Assembly: GCF_004010195.1 (NCBI RefSeq)
Contig: NC_057746.1
Span: 15,426,974-15,490,973, forward strand
Source: Chiloscyllium plagiosum
Lineage: Eukaryota
Reading direction: 5' to 3'
DNA length: 64,000 bases
The stretch's first letter is position 1; every line of letters starts with the position of its first letter. The notes below the pieces were generated by a model. The model was given only the letters and a program-made list of their open reading frames with translations. It ran no database searches and was not told the DNA's origin. The position numbers and the translations under genes were made by a program. Shown piece by piece: positions 48,054 through 60,835 of this stretch.

Positions 48054-51000
48054 ACATAGAGTCACAGAGATATACAGCACAGAAACAGGCCCTTCGGTCC
48101 AACTAGTTGATGCTGAAGAGATATCCCAACCTAATCTAGTCCCACTTGCCAGCACCTGGCCCATATTCCTCCAAACCCTTCCTATTCATATACCCATCCT
48201 GATGCCTTTTAGTGTTGCAATTGCCTCCACCACTTCCTCTGGCATTTCATTCCATACACGCACCACCCTCTCCATGAAAAGGTTGCCCCTTATGTCCCTT
48301 TTATACCTTTCCACAATCACCCTAAGCCCATGCCCTCTAGTTCTACACTCCCCAATCACGGGGATAGGACTTTGTCTATTTATTCTATCAATGCCTTTCA
48401 TGATTTTAAAAACCTCTATATGGTCACCCCTCAGCCTTCGATGCTGCAGGGAAAACAGTCCCAGCCTATTCAACCTCTCCCTATCACTCAAATCCTCTAA
48501 CCCTGCCAACATCTTGTAAATCCTTTCTGAACCCTTTCAAGTTTTACAACAACCTTCCGATAGGAAGCAGACCAGAATTGCATGTAATATTCCAAAAGTG
48601 ACCTAACCAACGTCATGTACAGCCTCAACATGACCTCCCAACTCGTGTATTCAATACTCTGACCAATAAAGGAAAAGACACCAAATACTTTCTTCACTAT
48701 CCTATCTATCTGCCACTCTAATTTCAAGGAATTATGTACCTGCACTCCGAGGTTTCTTTGTTCAGCAACACTCCCCAGGACCTTACAACAAATTGTATGA
48801 ATCGTGTTCTGATCTGCTTTTCCAAAGTGCAGCTCCTCGTATTTATCTAAATTAAACTCTACCTACCACTCCACAGCCCATTGGCCCATCTGATCAAGAT
48901 CCCATTGTTCTCTGAGGTAACCATCTTTGCTGTCCACAACACTTTCCATTTTGGTGTCACCTGGAAACTTACTAACTGTAACTCCTATGTTCACATCCAA
49001 ATCATTTATATAAATGACAAAAAGTAGTGAACCCAGCATCGATCTTTGTGACACTCCACTGATCATAGGCCTCCACTCTGAAAAACGATCCTCCACCACC
49101 ACCCTCTGTTTTCTACCTTTGAGCCAGTTCCACATCCAAATGGCTAGTTCTCCCTGTATTCCACAAGATCTAACCTCGGTAACCAATCTCCCGTGGGGAA
49201 CCTTGTTGAACACCTTACTGAAGTCCATATAACTCACATCTACCACTCTGCCTCATCAATCCTCTTTGTTACTTCTTCAAAAAACATCAAGTTTGTGAGA
49301 CATGATTTCCCACACACAAAGTCATGTTGACTATCCCAAATCAATCCTTGCCTTTCCAAATATGTGTAAATTTGTCCCTCACGATTCCCTTCAACAACTT
49401 GCCCATCATTGACATCAGGCTCACTGGTCTATAGTTCACTGGCTGGTTCTTACCAACTTTCTTAAATCGATGTACCACGTTAGCCTATCATCAATTTTCC
49501 AGCACCTCACCTGTGATGATCAATGATACAAATATCTCAGCAAGGGGGCCAGCAGTCATTTTCCCAGCTTCCCACAGAGTCCGAGGGTACACTTGATCAG
49601 GTCCTGGGGATTTATCCACTTTTATGTGTTTCAAGACATCTACCACTTCCTCCTCTGTAATATGGACATTTTTCAAGATGTTACCATCTATTTCCCTATA
49701 TTCTATATCTTCCATGTCCTTCTCCACAGTAAAGGCTGATGCAAAATACTTGGTTAGGATCTCCTGTGGCTCCACACAAAGGCCGCCTTGCTCATCTTTG
49801 AGGGGCCACATTCTCTCCCTAGTTATCCTTTTGTCCTTAATGTATCTGTAAAAACCCTTTGGATTCTCCTAAACTCCACTTGCCAAAGTTATCTAATGTC
49901 CCCTTTTTGCCCTCCTGATTTCTCTCTTAAGTATACTCCTACTGCCTTTATACTCTTCTAAGGATTCACTCGATCTATCCTGTCTATACCTGACATATGC
50001 TTCTTTCTTTTTCTTAACCAAACCTTCAATTTCTCTAGCCATCCAGCATTCCCTACACCTACCAGCCATTCCTTTCACCCTAACAGGAAAATGCTGTCTC
50101 TCGAATCTCATTAGGAGAAAGTGATGACTACAGATGCTGGAGATCAAAGCTGAAAAATGTGTTGCTGGAAAAGCACAGCAGGTCAGGCAGCATCCAAGGA
50201 GCAGGAGAATCGACGTTTCGGACGTAAGTCCTTCTTCATTCCTGAAGAAAGGCTTATGCCCGAAACGTCGATTCTCCTGCTCCCTGGATGCTGCCTGACC
50301 TGCTGCGCTTTTCCAGCAACACATTTTTCAGCTATCAACTCTCATTATCTCATTTCTGAAGGCTTCCCATTTTTGAGCCGTCTCTTTACCTGTGAACATC
50401 TGCCTCTAATCAGGTTTTGAAAGCTCTTTCCTAATACCACCAAAACTAGCCTTCCTCCAATTTATAACTTCAGCTTTTAGATCTGGTCTATCCTTTTCCA
50501 TCACTATTTTAAAACTAATAGAATTATGGTAGATAGCCCCAAAGTGTTCCCCCACCTCAGTCACCTGCACTGCCTTATTTCCCAAGAGTCGGTCAAGTTT
50601 TGCACCTTCTCTAGTAGGTACATCCACATACTGAATCGGAACATTGTCTTGTACACATTTAACAAATTCTTCTCCATCAAAACCCTTAACACTATGGCAG
50701 TCCCAGTCTGTGTTTGGAAAGTTAAAATCCCCAACCCCCATATCTGCCTTATTATTCTTACAGATAACTGAAATCTCCTCACAAATTTGTTTCTCAATTT
50801 CCCACTGACTGTTAGGGGGTCTATAAATATAATCTCCCCCAATAAGGTGATCATCCCTTTCTTATCTCTCAGTTCCACCTAAATAACTTCCCTGGATGTA
50901 TTTTCGAGAATATCCTGCCTCAGTACAGTTGTAACATGATCACTTATCAGAACGTCACTCCCCCTCCTCTCTTGCCTCCCATTCTATGCTTCCTGTAGCA

Positions 51001-51907
51001 TTTATATCCTGGAACATTAAGCTGCCATCCCTGAGCCATGTTTCTGTAATTGCTATGATATCCCAGTCTCATGTTCCTAACCATGCCGAGTTCATCTGCC
51101 TTCCCTGTTAGGCCTCTTGCATTGAAGTAAATGCAGTTTATCAGTCCTACCTTGTTCTCTGCTTTGTCCCTGCCTGCCCTGACTGACTCACTTTTCTCAA
51201 CTGTACCAGTCTCAGACTGATCTCTTTCCTCACTATCTCCCTGGGTCCCACCCCTCACCTTACTAGTTTAAATCCTCCTGAGCAACTCTAGCAAATCTCC
51301 TGCTAGGCTCCTTCCAATTCAGCTACAATCCCTCCTTCTTGTATAGGTCTCTTCTACCCCAGAAGAGATTCCAATGATCCAAAAAATGTGAACCCTTTTC
51401 CCATACACCAGCTCCTCAGCCACATATTCATCTGCTCTACCCTTCTATTCCTACCCTCACCAGCTCTTAGCACCAACAATAATCCAGATAGTCCTACCCT
51501 CGAGGACCTCCTTTTTAAATTCCTGCCTAATTTTCGATATTTTCCATCCCTTGGTCAAGTTCCAATGTGTACAATAACCTCTGCTGGTCCCTTTCTCCTT
51601 TGAGGACATTCTGCACTCTCTCTGAGACATCCTTGATCCTGGCACTAGGGTGGCAACACACCATTCTGATTTTTTGCTACTGGCTAGATAGTTCCCTAAC
51701 ACCATCAATCACTTGGAACCTGATGTATCCCTCATTACATTACAGCCTGCCTTGATACCAGAAATTTGGCTGTTTGTGCTACATTCCCCTGAGAATCCAT
51801 CACCATCTTTATTTTCCAAAACAGCACACTTGTTTGAAATTGGGATGGCCACAGAAGACTCCTGCAGTATCTGCCTACCACTCTTACCTTACTTGGAGTT
51901 AACCCAT
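48054..51907 (-). mobile_element. Near full-length decayed CR1 (ORF1 esterase part, APE endonuclease, RT, 3'UTR)
   Basis: CIYFNARGLTGKADEL, GDFNFPNTDW, KSPGPDQVYPRTL, YMDFSKVFNKVPH, FVIYINDL, LGLFSL. Confidence 0.93.
50113..50333. mobile_element. Palindromic PLE pLTR insertion with two divergent hammerhead motifs
   Basis: 91-bp inverted arms 50148-50238 and 50243-50333 around a TTCC spacer; TCTCATTA repeated at 50106-13 and 50340-47. Confidence 0.85.
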
Positions 51908-52069
51908 GGTCAGTGTGGATGAGTTGGGCTGAAAGGTCTGTTTTCATGCTGTAGGACTCTCTAACTCTATGATTCTATTCCAACTTTTGGTCTGAGTTTT
52001 TCACCTGGATATATAGAGATGTAACTGAAAAGTCTTCTGAACTGCACTTTAACCCAGAGCCAGCATTTG

Positions 52070-52260
52070 ACAGATACACAGACATGCACACATAGAAACA
52101 CTCACAAGTACACACACATGCACACACCCCCTGCAAAAACACACACACAAGACTCCCTCAAATACACACATCCATATACAAAAGGATCCACAAACACACA
52201 TTCAGACACGTACATAGACACCTACAAATATACAGATAGGTGCACACACAGACACACAAA
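52070..52260. repeat. Degenerate (CA)n microsatellite
   Basis: Interrupted CA runs. Confidence 0.85.
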
Positions 52261-53054
52261 TTCACCAAAGCTCCTTTGATAATGTGTACCAAACCCGCGA
52301 CCATGTCTAACATGAAGGAAAAGGGCCTTAAGGTTCACCTCAAAGCTCCACACATCATCCTACCTTGGAAATACTGTATATCTTCACTCCTTCAGTATCC
52401 TGAGTCAAAATGCTGAAACTCCCTCCCTAATGGCAGTATGTGTCTATCTATATCAAATGGACTGCCCCAGTGATTCAAAACGTCAGCTCACCACCACCTT
52501 CCCAAGGGAAATTGGGGATGGGCAATGAATGATTTACAAAAAAAAACTTCCAAGTCTACAACATGGAGGTGTATCAGCAATAAATGCAGCACGTAATTGG
52601 AAATATAGGTACAGTGGGACAGATTGAAAGAATAACCAGATTGGACTAGTACTACTCATGATATCACCAGCTTTCCTTGCTCTCCTCAATGGACTACCAT
52701 TTCAGAATTCGACTTCAATTACCACTTCAGGACTCGGTCAGATGGTAGCAGTTTTACTATCCATTTTCCCCCAGGAGGATGGTGTTTTATGTTATAACAA
52801 ATTGATATGGTTTCTTTCAAGTAGGTGATCTGCATAAGGAGTCACATTATGATTATTGGCTCTTATTTCACATCCCATGACTCGGTTGAGGTGAAACTGT
52901 TCGGTTGTACAAAGCTTCCCAAGCTGTGGGTCTGGATCTGCATCTTGCTGCATCTGAATTAAGCTGGTACAGACAATTTTTACTTTCATTTGCGAACTAT
53001 GTGGGTGTGGATTACTCATGACTACTAGCATTTTGTCAGCATCACTCCAGGGCT

Positions 53055-53230
53055 GTGCAGTTTAGGTGGATTGGCCATGCTAACTTTCCCCATAATATCC
53101 AGGAATGTGCGTGCTAGGTGGAATGGCCATGCAAAATATAGAGTTACAGGGTTAGGGTGTGGATGTTCTTTGGAGATTAGACGTGATGGGCCAATTGGCC
53201 TCTTTCTACATTATAGAGATTCTATGATTC
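53055..53230 (+). mobile_element. SINE 3' half
   Basis: GGTGGATTGGCCATGCTAA core and TTCTATGATTCT tail. Confidence 0.75.
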
Positions 53231-54304
53231 TGTCAGAGGAGGTCCAAGAGCAAACCATGCATTCCCAATTGACAATCTAGAGGGATCAGCCATTTGTAAC
53301 TCTAATTTAAAATGCATAACTCAATACTTCAGCCGCCTCAAAACACGTCCACCCTTACCTCCGGGCGCTGTTAACACTTTGAGGAAACTGCATCAGGTGG
53401 GCTTGTCCACTGGCCTTAAATGGAGGTCCATTCGAGAGCTGCCATTCAGCAGAAGCAGCCTCCATCCTCGTCACCTGCTGTGGACTTGGGAGACATCTCC
53501 ACGCCCCGCCCCATAACAGCCACCACCATTTCTCCCCAACCAGATCCCATTTGCTATCTGCTCACAATCTCAGCAAGCAGCTCCTTCAATAACATATCTC
53601 CTGGAAGGGACTGGAGCCAAAAAAAGTCAATTAAGACCCCTGACCCCACCCCAAAACGCACACACACAAAAGCTGAGGTTCCAGTACAACTCAGTGTGGA
53701 GTGTCTTAGTTGAAAGCGAAGTTTTTTTTCCATATCAGGGAACAAGCAAATGTTAAAACTGTGCATAAATCTTTAAAATAATCTCTTAGACAAGCGTAGA
53801 GTGTAAAGCTGTGATAACGATACCCTGCGGAGACATTTGAAACCTGCTGAACAATTTTCCAACATTTAATCATCTGAAGTATCAGACAAAGGAACGAAGA
53901 CAATTCCTTGAAACCAAGGAATATACGACAGCAGTTCAGAAGCGATAGTTTTAAAACCGTACAGGTTTGAAAAAAAATTCTCCCAAACCAGGGAGAGAGA
54001 GAAAAAACTCAATGGTGATTAATGCCCCTGTCTGGGAAACGATCGGTTGAAACATTTTTCAAGCGAGAATATCTCTTCTGTTTTATTGCAGTTAAAAGCT
54101 TTGAACCCTCTGTGAAAATATGACCTCTTTGAATGTTAATGTTGATCTCTCTCTGCACCTTCTCGGCAGCTGTGACATTGTATCTTGCATTCTGTTCTGT
54201 TACCCTGATGCACTTGTATAGCGCAATCTGTCTATAGAGTTAATAACACAACACTGTTCACGCTACCTGGGTACACGTGACAGTACTAAATCAAATCAAA
54301 TAAA

Positions 54305-54535
54305 CTCAGGAAGAGTTTTCACGCAGAGGGTGGTACATGTGTGGAATGAGCTGCCAGAGGATGTGGTGGAGGCTGGTAAAATTGCAGCATTTAAGAGGCA
54401 TTTGAATGGGTATATGAATAGGAAGGGTTTGGAGGGATATGGGCCGGGTACTGGCAGGTGGGACTAGTTTGGGTTGGCATGGATGGGTTGGACCGAACGG
54501 TCTGTTTCCATGCTGCACATTTCTATGACTATGAC
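54305..54535 (+). mobile_element. CR1 3' end
   Basis: TTTTCACGCAGAGGGTGGTACATGTGTGGAATGAGCTGCC and CTATGACTATGA tail. Confidence 0.88.
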
Positions 54536-55474
54536 ACGAAGTGATCTCCTTGCATGGAATGGGGTGTCACAGCAATAACTCACAAATACCTCACAAGTGT
54601 ACTTTGTGCAAAGTAGCCGATGCGTCAGTGCACAGCAAACATCAAGGTTGGCCCCTGCATATTTTATTTTTTCATCTTGTGCCACATGGTCGGAAGGAGC
54701 AGTGGAGCTTATTTTGTACCCCCCTCGTCAACAACTACACTGCGGAAGAGCGATCTCCGTTCCACTGATTCCCGGAATCTGTAAACCGGCTGGAAAAGAT
54801 CCGGTGGGAAAAATGCCGCCAACTGCTGGAGACACCCCACTTACCTTCTGGCGAACTCCTTCACTTGTACACAAAGAGAAAGGGAGTGAGGGAAAGAGAA
54901 ACAGTGAGGGGAGGGATGGCAGATTCATGAAGGGAAGGAGCAGGGAATATGTGTGGCAACAATTAAGGTGGTCTTTTCAGATGAAACACTAAACCGACAA
55001 TTTGCTTCATCGTAAAAGATTCCAATTACGCATCTATTATGAAGAAGAACGTTTCAGTCTTGCGCCCTGATCAGTACTCATCCCTCAGTCATAAATCTGG
55101 TCATTTGCCCATTGTCACATTGCGCTTTGTTGGGGAAAAAAAGTTCCTCCAAAGCGCTTCAGAGTGTCCTGAGGTGAGGAAAGATTCTGTCCCAAATTTT
55201 GACGGGCCGAGCGGCTGAAAATTGAGAGGATGAGTTATGAGGAGCTGCTTGAGTCCCGTGAAGAGACACAGAGTCCAGTTTCCCCACTGACTGTCCATTC
55301 CCTCTTGAAATCCAGTCGGCCTGGGTGACTGGGCGGGCTCAGACCTCAGCTGCAGTTTTCCTTTCCGGGGGGATGGGGGGAGAGGGAAGGTTGGAGCGTG
55401 TTTGAACGGCGCCGCAGTAAACGCTGCATCTGTCCTGCCGCTCTCCTCAGCTTTCCGGTGGCGCTGGAAGCGGC

Positions 55475-55704
55475 TCAGAGCAGCGGGCGGCCGTGGGCGG
55501 CGGTGAGCAGCGCGGTCAGCGAGAGCAGCGCCCGGTGCAAGGAGGGCTCCCGGGCCGATTGTGAGACGCAGCCTTCCGCTCCCTTCCTGCACTGGACTTT
55601 CTCACACAGGAGCCCGGTGTAGGGAGCGGGGCACCGGCACCTCCCGTTCTCCTCACACACACCTCCGTTCTCACACCGTGTTAGCAAGTTATCGCACACT
55701 CCTC
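55475..55704 (-). CDS. NTNG1: Terminal coding exon of a netrin-G family gene (EGF domain plus GPI-anchor signal)
   Basis: Acceptor TTTTGTTTTCTCCCTCGCAG; GVCDNLLTRCENGGVCEENGRCRCPAPYTGLLCEKVQC...ALLSLTALLTAAHGRPLL* aligns to the netrin-G1 C-terminus (VCDN..CQNGG.C...RC.CP..YTG.LCEK); GC-rich. Paralogue identity uncertain. Confidence 0.85.
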
Positions 55705-56142
55705 CTGCGAGGGAGAAAACAAAACAAAATACACAATAAGGTCAGGCCGTTGAAAATTTGCCCACAACACAGACTGTCGCCACTCTTCATTTTTTTTACA
55801 ACAAACTTTCACATGTGCAGCCCCTAAACCAACACAATACTATTCAGAGTGGTTAAAAAAAAAACTTGACGCAGAGACACTTGAGAGTTAAGGTGGGCAA
55901 AGTGGAATGTTTTTAAGGAGCTCCTTAATGAAAGGGGGAAGGGTTGGAGAGGTTTGGGAGAGGGAACTTCAGGGTTTAGGACTGGGACAGCTGAAGGCAG
56001 GGCCAACAATGGGAAGATTAAAATCAAAGAAGATCCAGAGGTCAGAATTCGAGGCTTGCAGAGATTTTTGAGGGCTGCTGGGGATACCTCAGGGTTGATA
56101 AGTGATTGGGTGGATGGTGAGGCCAACAGAGGGATTTGAATG

Positions 56143-56243
56143 CAAAAGAGAAATTGCTGGAAAATCGCAGCAGGTCTGGCAGCATCTGTAAGGAGAGAAA
56201 AGAGAGCTGACATTTCGAATCTAACGGACCCTTTGTCAAAGCT
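56143..56243 (-). mobile_element. Solo PLE pLTR with decayed hammerhead and 12-bp TSD
   Basis: TSD GGGATTTGAATG at 56131-42 and 56244-55; minus strand GCT-TTGACAA-AGGGTC CGTTA GATTC-GAAATGTC-AGC. Confidence 0.78.
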
Positions 56244-56452
56244 GGGATTTGAATGTATGGATTAGATATTTCAATTCAATGCAATTGTCGGCTAAGAGCT
56301 TTCATATTAGGGTGCAAGAGTCGGAAAGAGTTAATGCTGAGGAGTGCATCCAGCACTGTACTGCCTAACTTGGGTAGAGGTTTGGATTTTGCAAACGCCA
56401 AGTTTTAATATTGAAGTCTCCCTCTCAGTGTAACATGTCTAAAGTAAAGGTT

Positions 56453-56546
56453 CTCCTGTACCTTGGATGCTGCCTGACCTGCTGCGCTTTTCCAGCAACA
56501 CATTATCAGCTCTGATCTCCAGCATCTGCAGTCCTCACTTTCTCCT
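56453..56546 (+). mobile_element. 94-bp PLE pLTR tail with 13-bp TSD
   Basis: TSD TAAAGTAAAGGTT at 56440-52 and 56547-59; matches 7561-7655. Confidence 0.85.
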
Positions 56547-57039
56547 TAAAGTAAAGGTTAAGTCACCATTGTCTAACAAAACCAGAGAGAAAAGACACAA
56601 CTGGCGATGGTATAACCTGAGGGTCATCACATCTAAGATGAGGGGAAAGATTGGGAAGGGGAACCCTTCATGGTCCCCCCCAGCTAGTGCAGGAATTGAA
56701 CTTGTGCTGTTGGCATTGTTTTTTGTTGTCCAGCCAGCTGAGCTAAACCAACCCCCCCCCAGCCCATCATCACACTATAACTTGATCTAATTGTCATTGT
56801 TCAATAAACTACATGTTTCATCAGACAAGGAGCTCATCATTAGACTACCAAGTAGTTTTCCCCTGTCTCAGTGGACCAAGTAGCCCTGTTGGTCCCTGTC
56901 AGTAAAGAGGATGTTAGCAATAATTCCAAGATGAACATTTACACCAAGATGAGCTGAGGATTCATCATATAGCATGTTGGCAGCGACGGAAAAATTTCAC
57001 CTTGCAATTAGATAGCAATCAATGGAGCGCTGTGACCCT

Positions 57040-57660
57040 ATCAATGGCACAAGACTGATTAATAAAGTTAGATCACATGGGATTCAGGGAGAGCTTGGCA
57101 AGTGGATGCAAAATTAGCTTGATGATAGATTACAGAAGGTGGTGTACAATTGCCATTTTTCAGACTGGAGACCTGTGACCAGTGGTGTTCTGCAGGAATT
57201 GGTGTGAGGCCCAGTGTTGTTTGTCATTCATTTAAACTATTTGGATGAGAATTTTGGAGGACAGTTCATAAGTTTGCAGATAACACTGAAACTGCTGGTA
57301 TAGTCAACATTGAAGAAAGTTTTCTAAGATTACATAGGGATCTTGATCACTTGGACCAATTGGAGCAGCAGATGAAGTTTAATTTGGATTAATGTGAGGT
57401 ATTGCATTTTGGTAAAGTGAACAAGGGCATGACTTATACAGTTATTGGTAGATCTCTGGGTAGTGCTATCAAACAGAGAGACTGAGGGGTTCAGGTACAT
57501 CATTCTTGGAAAGTTGCATCACAGGTAGACAGGGTGGTTAAGAAGGCATTTAGCAGCCTGTCTTCACTGCTCAGATCATTGACTGTCGAAGTTGAGGTTG
57601 TACAGGATGTTGGTAAGGCCACTTTTGGAGTACTGTATACAGTTCTGGTTGAGCTGTAGA
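57040..57660 (+). mobile_element. Decayed CR1 RT fragment
   Basis: Homologous to ~30430-31060. Confidence 0.8.
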
Positions 57661-59016
57661 ACTGGTGCCAAGTCAGAAACAGAGAAAACAGGAGCTGAAG
57701 TTGGCCATTCAGCTCTTCAAGCCTGCTCTATAATTCAGGATGATCATGGCTGATCATGCAAACTATTTCCTGTTTTCTTCCATACTCTCTGATCCTTTAG
57801 CCTGAAGAACTATACCTAACTCCTTCTTGAAAATGATCGAAACTTTAAACATAGAAGCAGGATAATAGAATAGGCCATTGCGTGAAGCTCAACTGGAGAG
57901 TGATCAGATGATGAAGACTCAGTGGATGAACTTGTGGAATGGGAGAAAGCATTAAAAACAAAAAGGTATAGTTCACAGGCTGGAAAGGGTAAATGAAAAC
58001 AAATGACTTACAGGCTTACAGCTCACATTGAACACTGCTATCTTAGTGAGTGGGCACAAAGTGACACAGGGACAGTATAGGAAATCAAAATCAAAAAAGT
58101 TTTCTTTAAAATTTCAACAAATCTGGGGACATTGTAACACCAGAATTGAAGAGATAAAGGAGCAGTGTAGAAGCCCATTCAACAAAGTCTGGTGTATTAA
58201 TGCACAGATCTTGTAAAGCTACTGTACCTGTGAAACAGCTCAATGACATCTAGTGATAATCTAGCACGAAAAGTCTCCACATTTCTCTCAGTTAGTCACT
58301 TATGTATATTATGCAATAGTAACATAACCAAGCATAGAACATATCTAAGTCTAAAATATCATAATCACATCATTAGTGTTGTTGATAAACTTCAAGATAT
58401 CTTTCTCAACAAGAACTTCTTGCATGTGTTACATGGGCTAACATATAGAGAAGCACGTACGGCAATATAATTCTGGCAGTGTTTTTCTACCCAAAGTAAA
58501 CCACGTCAAAGTCTAATGGAATAAGACAGATCGAAGACTACTGAAGCTTTAGGAAAGGTGAGAGATCCATTATTTAACACCATAGCAAAGGCAGGGAGAA
58601 TTTATTAAACCATAGGCATTGGGACTATCCAGGAATAAAAAAAACATTAACAGGAATTATGAGCTGAACTATAGACAGGGCTAATCATCTTGGAAAATCC
58701 ATTTAAGAAACAGGATTAATATTGCAGAGCACAAAGAGGGGGATTATTTTGGTTCAACCATTAAGAGCAATGGGGTTGTTTATTAAAGCCACAGGCAGTG
58801 GAAACAATAAGCTTCAGCTTTTAACGAAACAGGAATCATTTATAAAAGCAATGATTCATGGGACTCATATAGAAAAGTCATGTAATAGGCAGCTACATCC
58901 ATTTTACTTTCAGAAACTTTGACCACAGAAAGATGGGATAAGCTTCCAGCATACAAGCAGCCTGCCGAATTAACAGCTTTTAAAGCAAGGAAAATAAGTA
59001 ATAATAGGAGGAAGAC

Positions 59017-60835
59017 ATAGAGTCATAGAGATGTACTACACGGAAACAGGCCCTTTGGCCCAACTCGTCCATGACCAGATATCCCAAACCGATCTAGTCC
59101 CACCTGCCGGCATCCAGCCCATATCCCTCCAAACCTTCCTATTCATATACCCATCCATAGAAACATAGAAAAAATACAGCTCAGTACAGGCCCTTTGGCC
59201 CTCGATGTTACACCGATCCAAGCCCACCTAACCTACACTAGCCCACTATCCTCCATATGCCTATCCAATGCCCGTTTAAATGCCCATAAAGAGGGAGAGT
59301 CCACCATTGCTACTGGCAGGGCATTCCATGAACTCATGACTCGCTCAGTAAAGAATGTACCCCTAACATCTGTCCTATACCTACCACCCCTTAATTTAAA
59401 GCTATGCCTCCTTGTAATAGCTGACTCCATATGTGGAAAAAGGTTCTCGTGGTCAACTCTATCTAAACCCCTAATCATCTTGTACACCTCTACCAAGTCA
59501 CCCCTAAACCTTCTTTTCTCCAATGAAAACAGCCCCAAGTGCCTCAGCCTTTCCTCATACGATCTTCCTGCCATACCATGCGACATCCTGGTAAACCTCC
59601 TCCGCACCAGTTCCAGTGCCTCCACATCCTTCCTATAGTATGGCGACCAAAACTGCACACAATATTCCAGATGCGGCTGCACCAGAGTCTTATACAACTG
59701 CAACATGACCTCAGGACTCCGGAACTCAATTCCTCTACCAATAAAAGCCAGTACGCCATATTCCTTCTTCACAGCACTATTTACCTGGGTGGCAACTTTC
59801 AGAGATCTGTGTACATGGACACCAAGATCCCTCTGCTCATCCACACTACCAAGTATCCGACCATTAGCCCAGTATCCCATCTTTTTATTACTCTTACCAA
59901 AGTGAATCACCTCACACTTACCTACATTGAACTCCATTTGCCACCTTTCTGCCCAGCTCTGCTTATCTATATCCCGCTGTAACCTGACACATCCTTCCTC
60001 ACTGTCAACAATTCCACCGACTTTCGTATCATCCGCAAACTTGCTCACCCAACCTTCTAGCCCCTCCTCCAGGTCATTTATAAAAATCCAGATGCCTTTT
60101 AAATGTTGCAATTGTACCAGTCTCCACCACATCCTCTGGCAGCCCATTCCACACATGCACCACTCTTTGCATTAAAATGTTGTCCCTTAGGTCTCTTTTA
60201 TATCTTCCCCTCTCACGCTATACCTATGCCCTCTAATTCTAAACTCCCCACCCCAGGGAAAAGACCTTGTCTATTTACCTTATCCATGCCCCTCATAATT
60301 TTGTAAACCTCTACAAGGTCACCCCTCAGCCTCCAACGCTCCAGGGAAAACAGCCCCAGCCTATTCAACCTCTCCTTATAGCTCAAATCCTCCAACCCTG
60401 GCAACATCCTGTAAATCTTTTCTGAACCTTTTCAAGTTTCACAACATCTTTCCGATAGGAAGTAGACCAGAATTGCATGCAATATTCCAAAAGTGGCCTA
60501 ACCAACATCCTGTACAGCCACAACATAACTTCCCAATTCCTATACTCAATACTCTGACCAATAAAAGAAAGCATACCAAATACCTTCTTCACTATTCTAT
60601 CGATCTGTGACTCTACTTTCAAGGAGCTATGTACCTGCATTCCAAGGTCTCTTTTTCTCAGCAATGCTCCCCAGCACCTTACCATTAAGTTTATAAGATT
60701 AGTGAAGATTTACTTTCCCAAAATGCAGCACCTTGCATTTATCTAAATTAAACTCCATCCACCACTCCTCAGTCCATTAGCTCATCTAATCAAGATCCCC
60801 TTGTGATCCGAGGTGACCTTCTTTGCTGTCCACTG
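59017..60835 (-). mobile_element. CR1 3' portion with a younger CR1 nested at 59158-60085
   Basis: Two successive 3' tails; inner copy has an open RT C-terminus (FINDL, KFADDTK, DLGVHV, LEYCVQFWSP); ATCCA at both junctions. Confidence 0.92.

Noticed and set aside
55101-55622. Overlapping GC-rich ORFs
   Set aside because: Alternative frames of the netrin-G exon and its UTR
59233-60156. 307-aa ORF as a host gene
   Set aside because: CR1 RT C-terminus read in by chance across a nested-insertion junction
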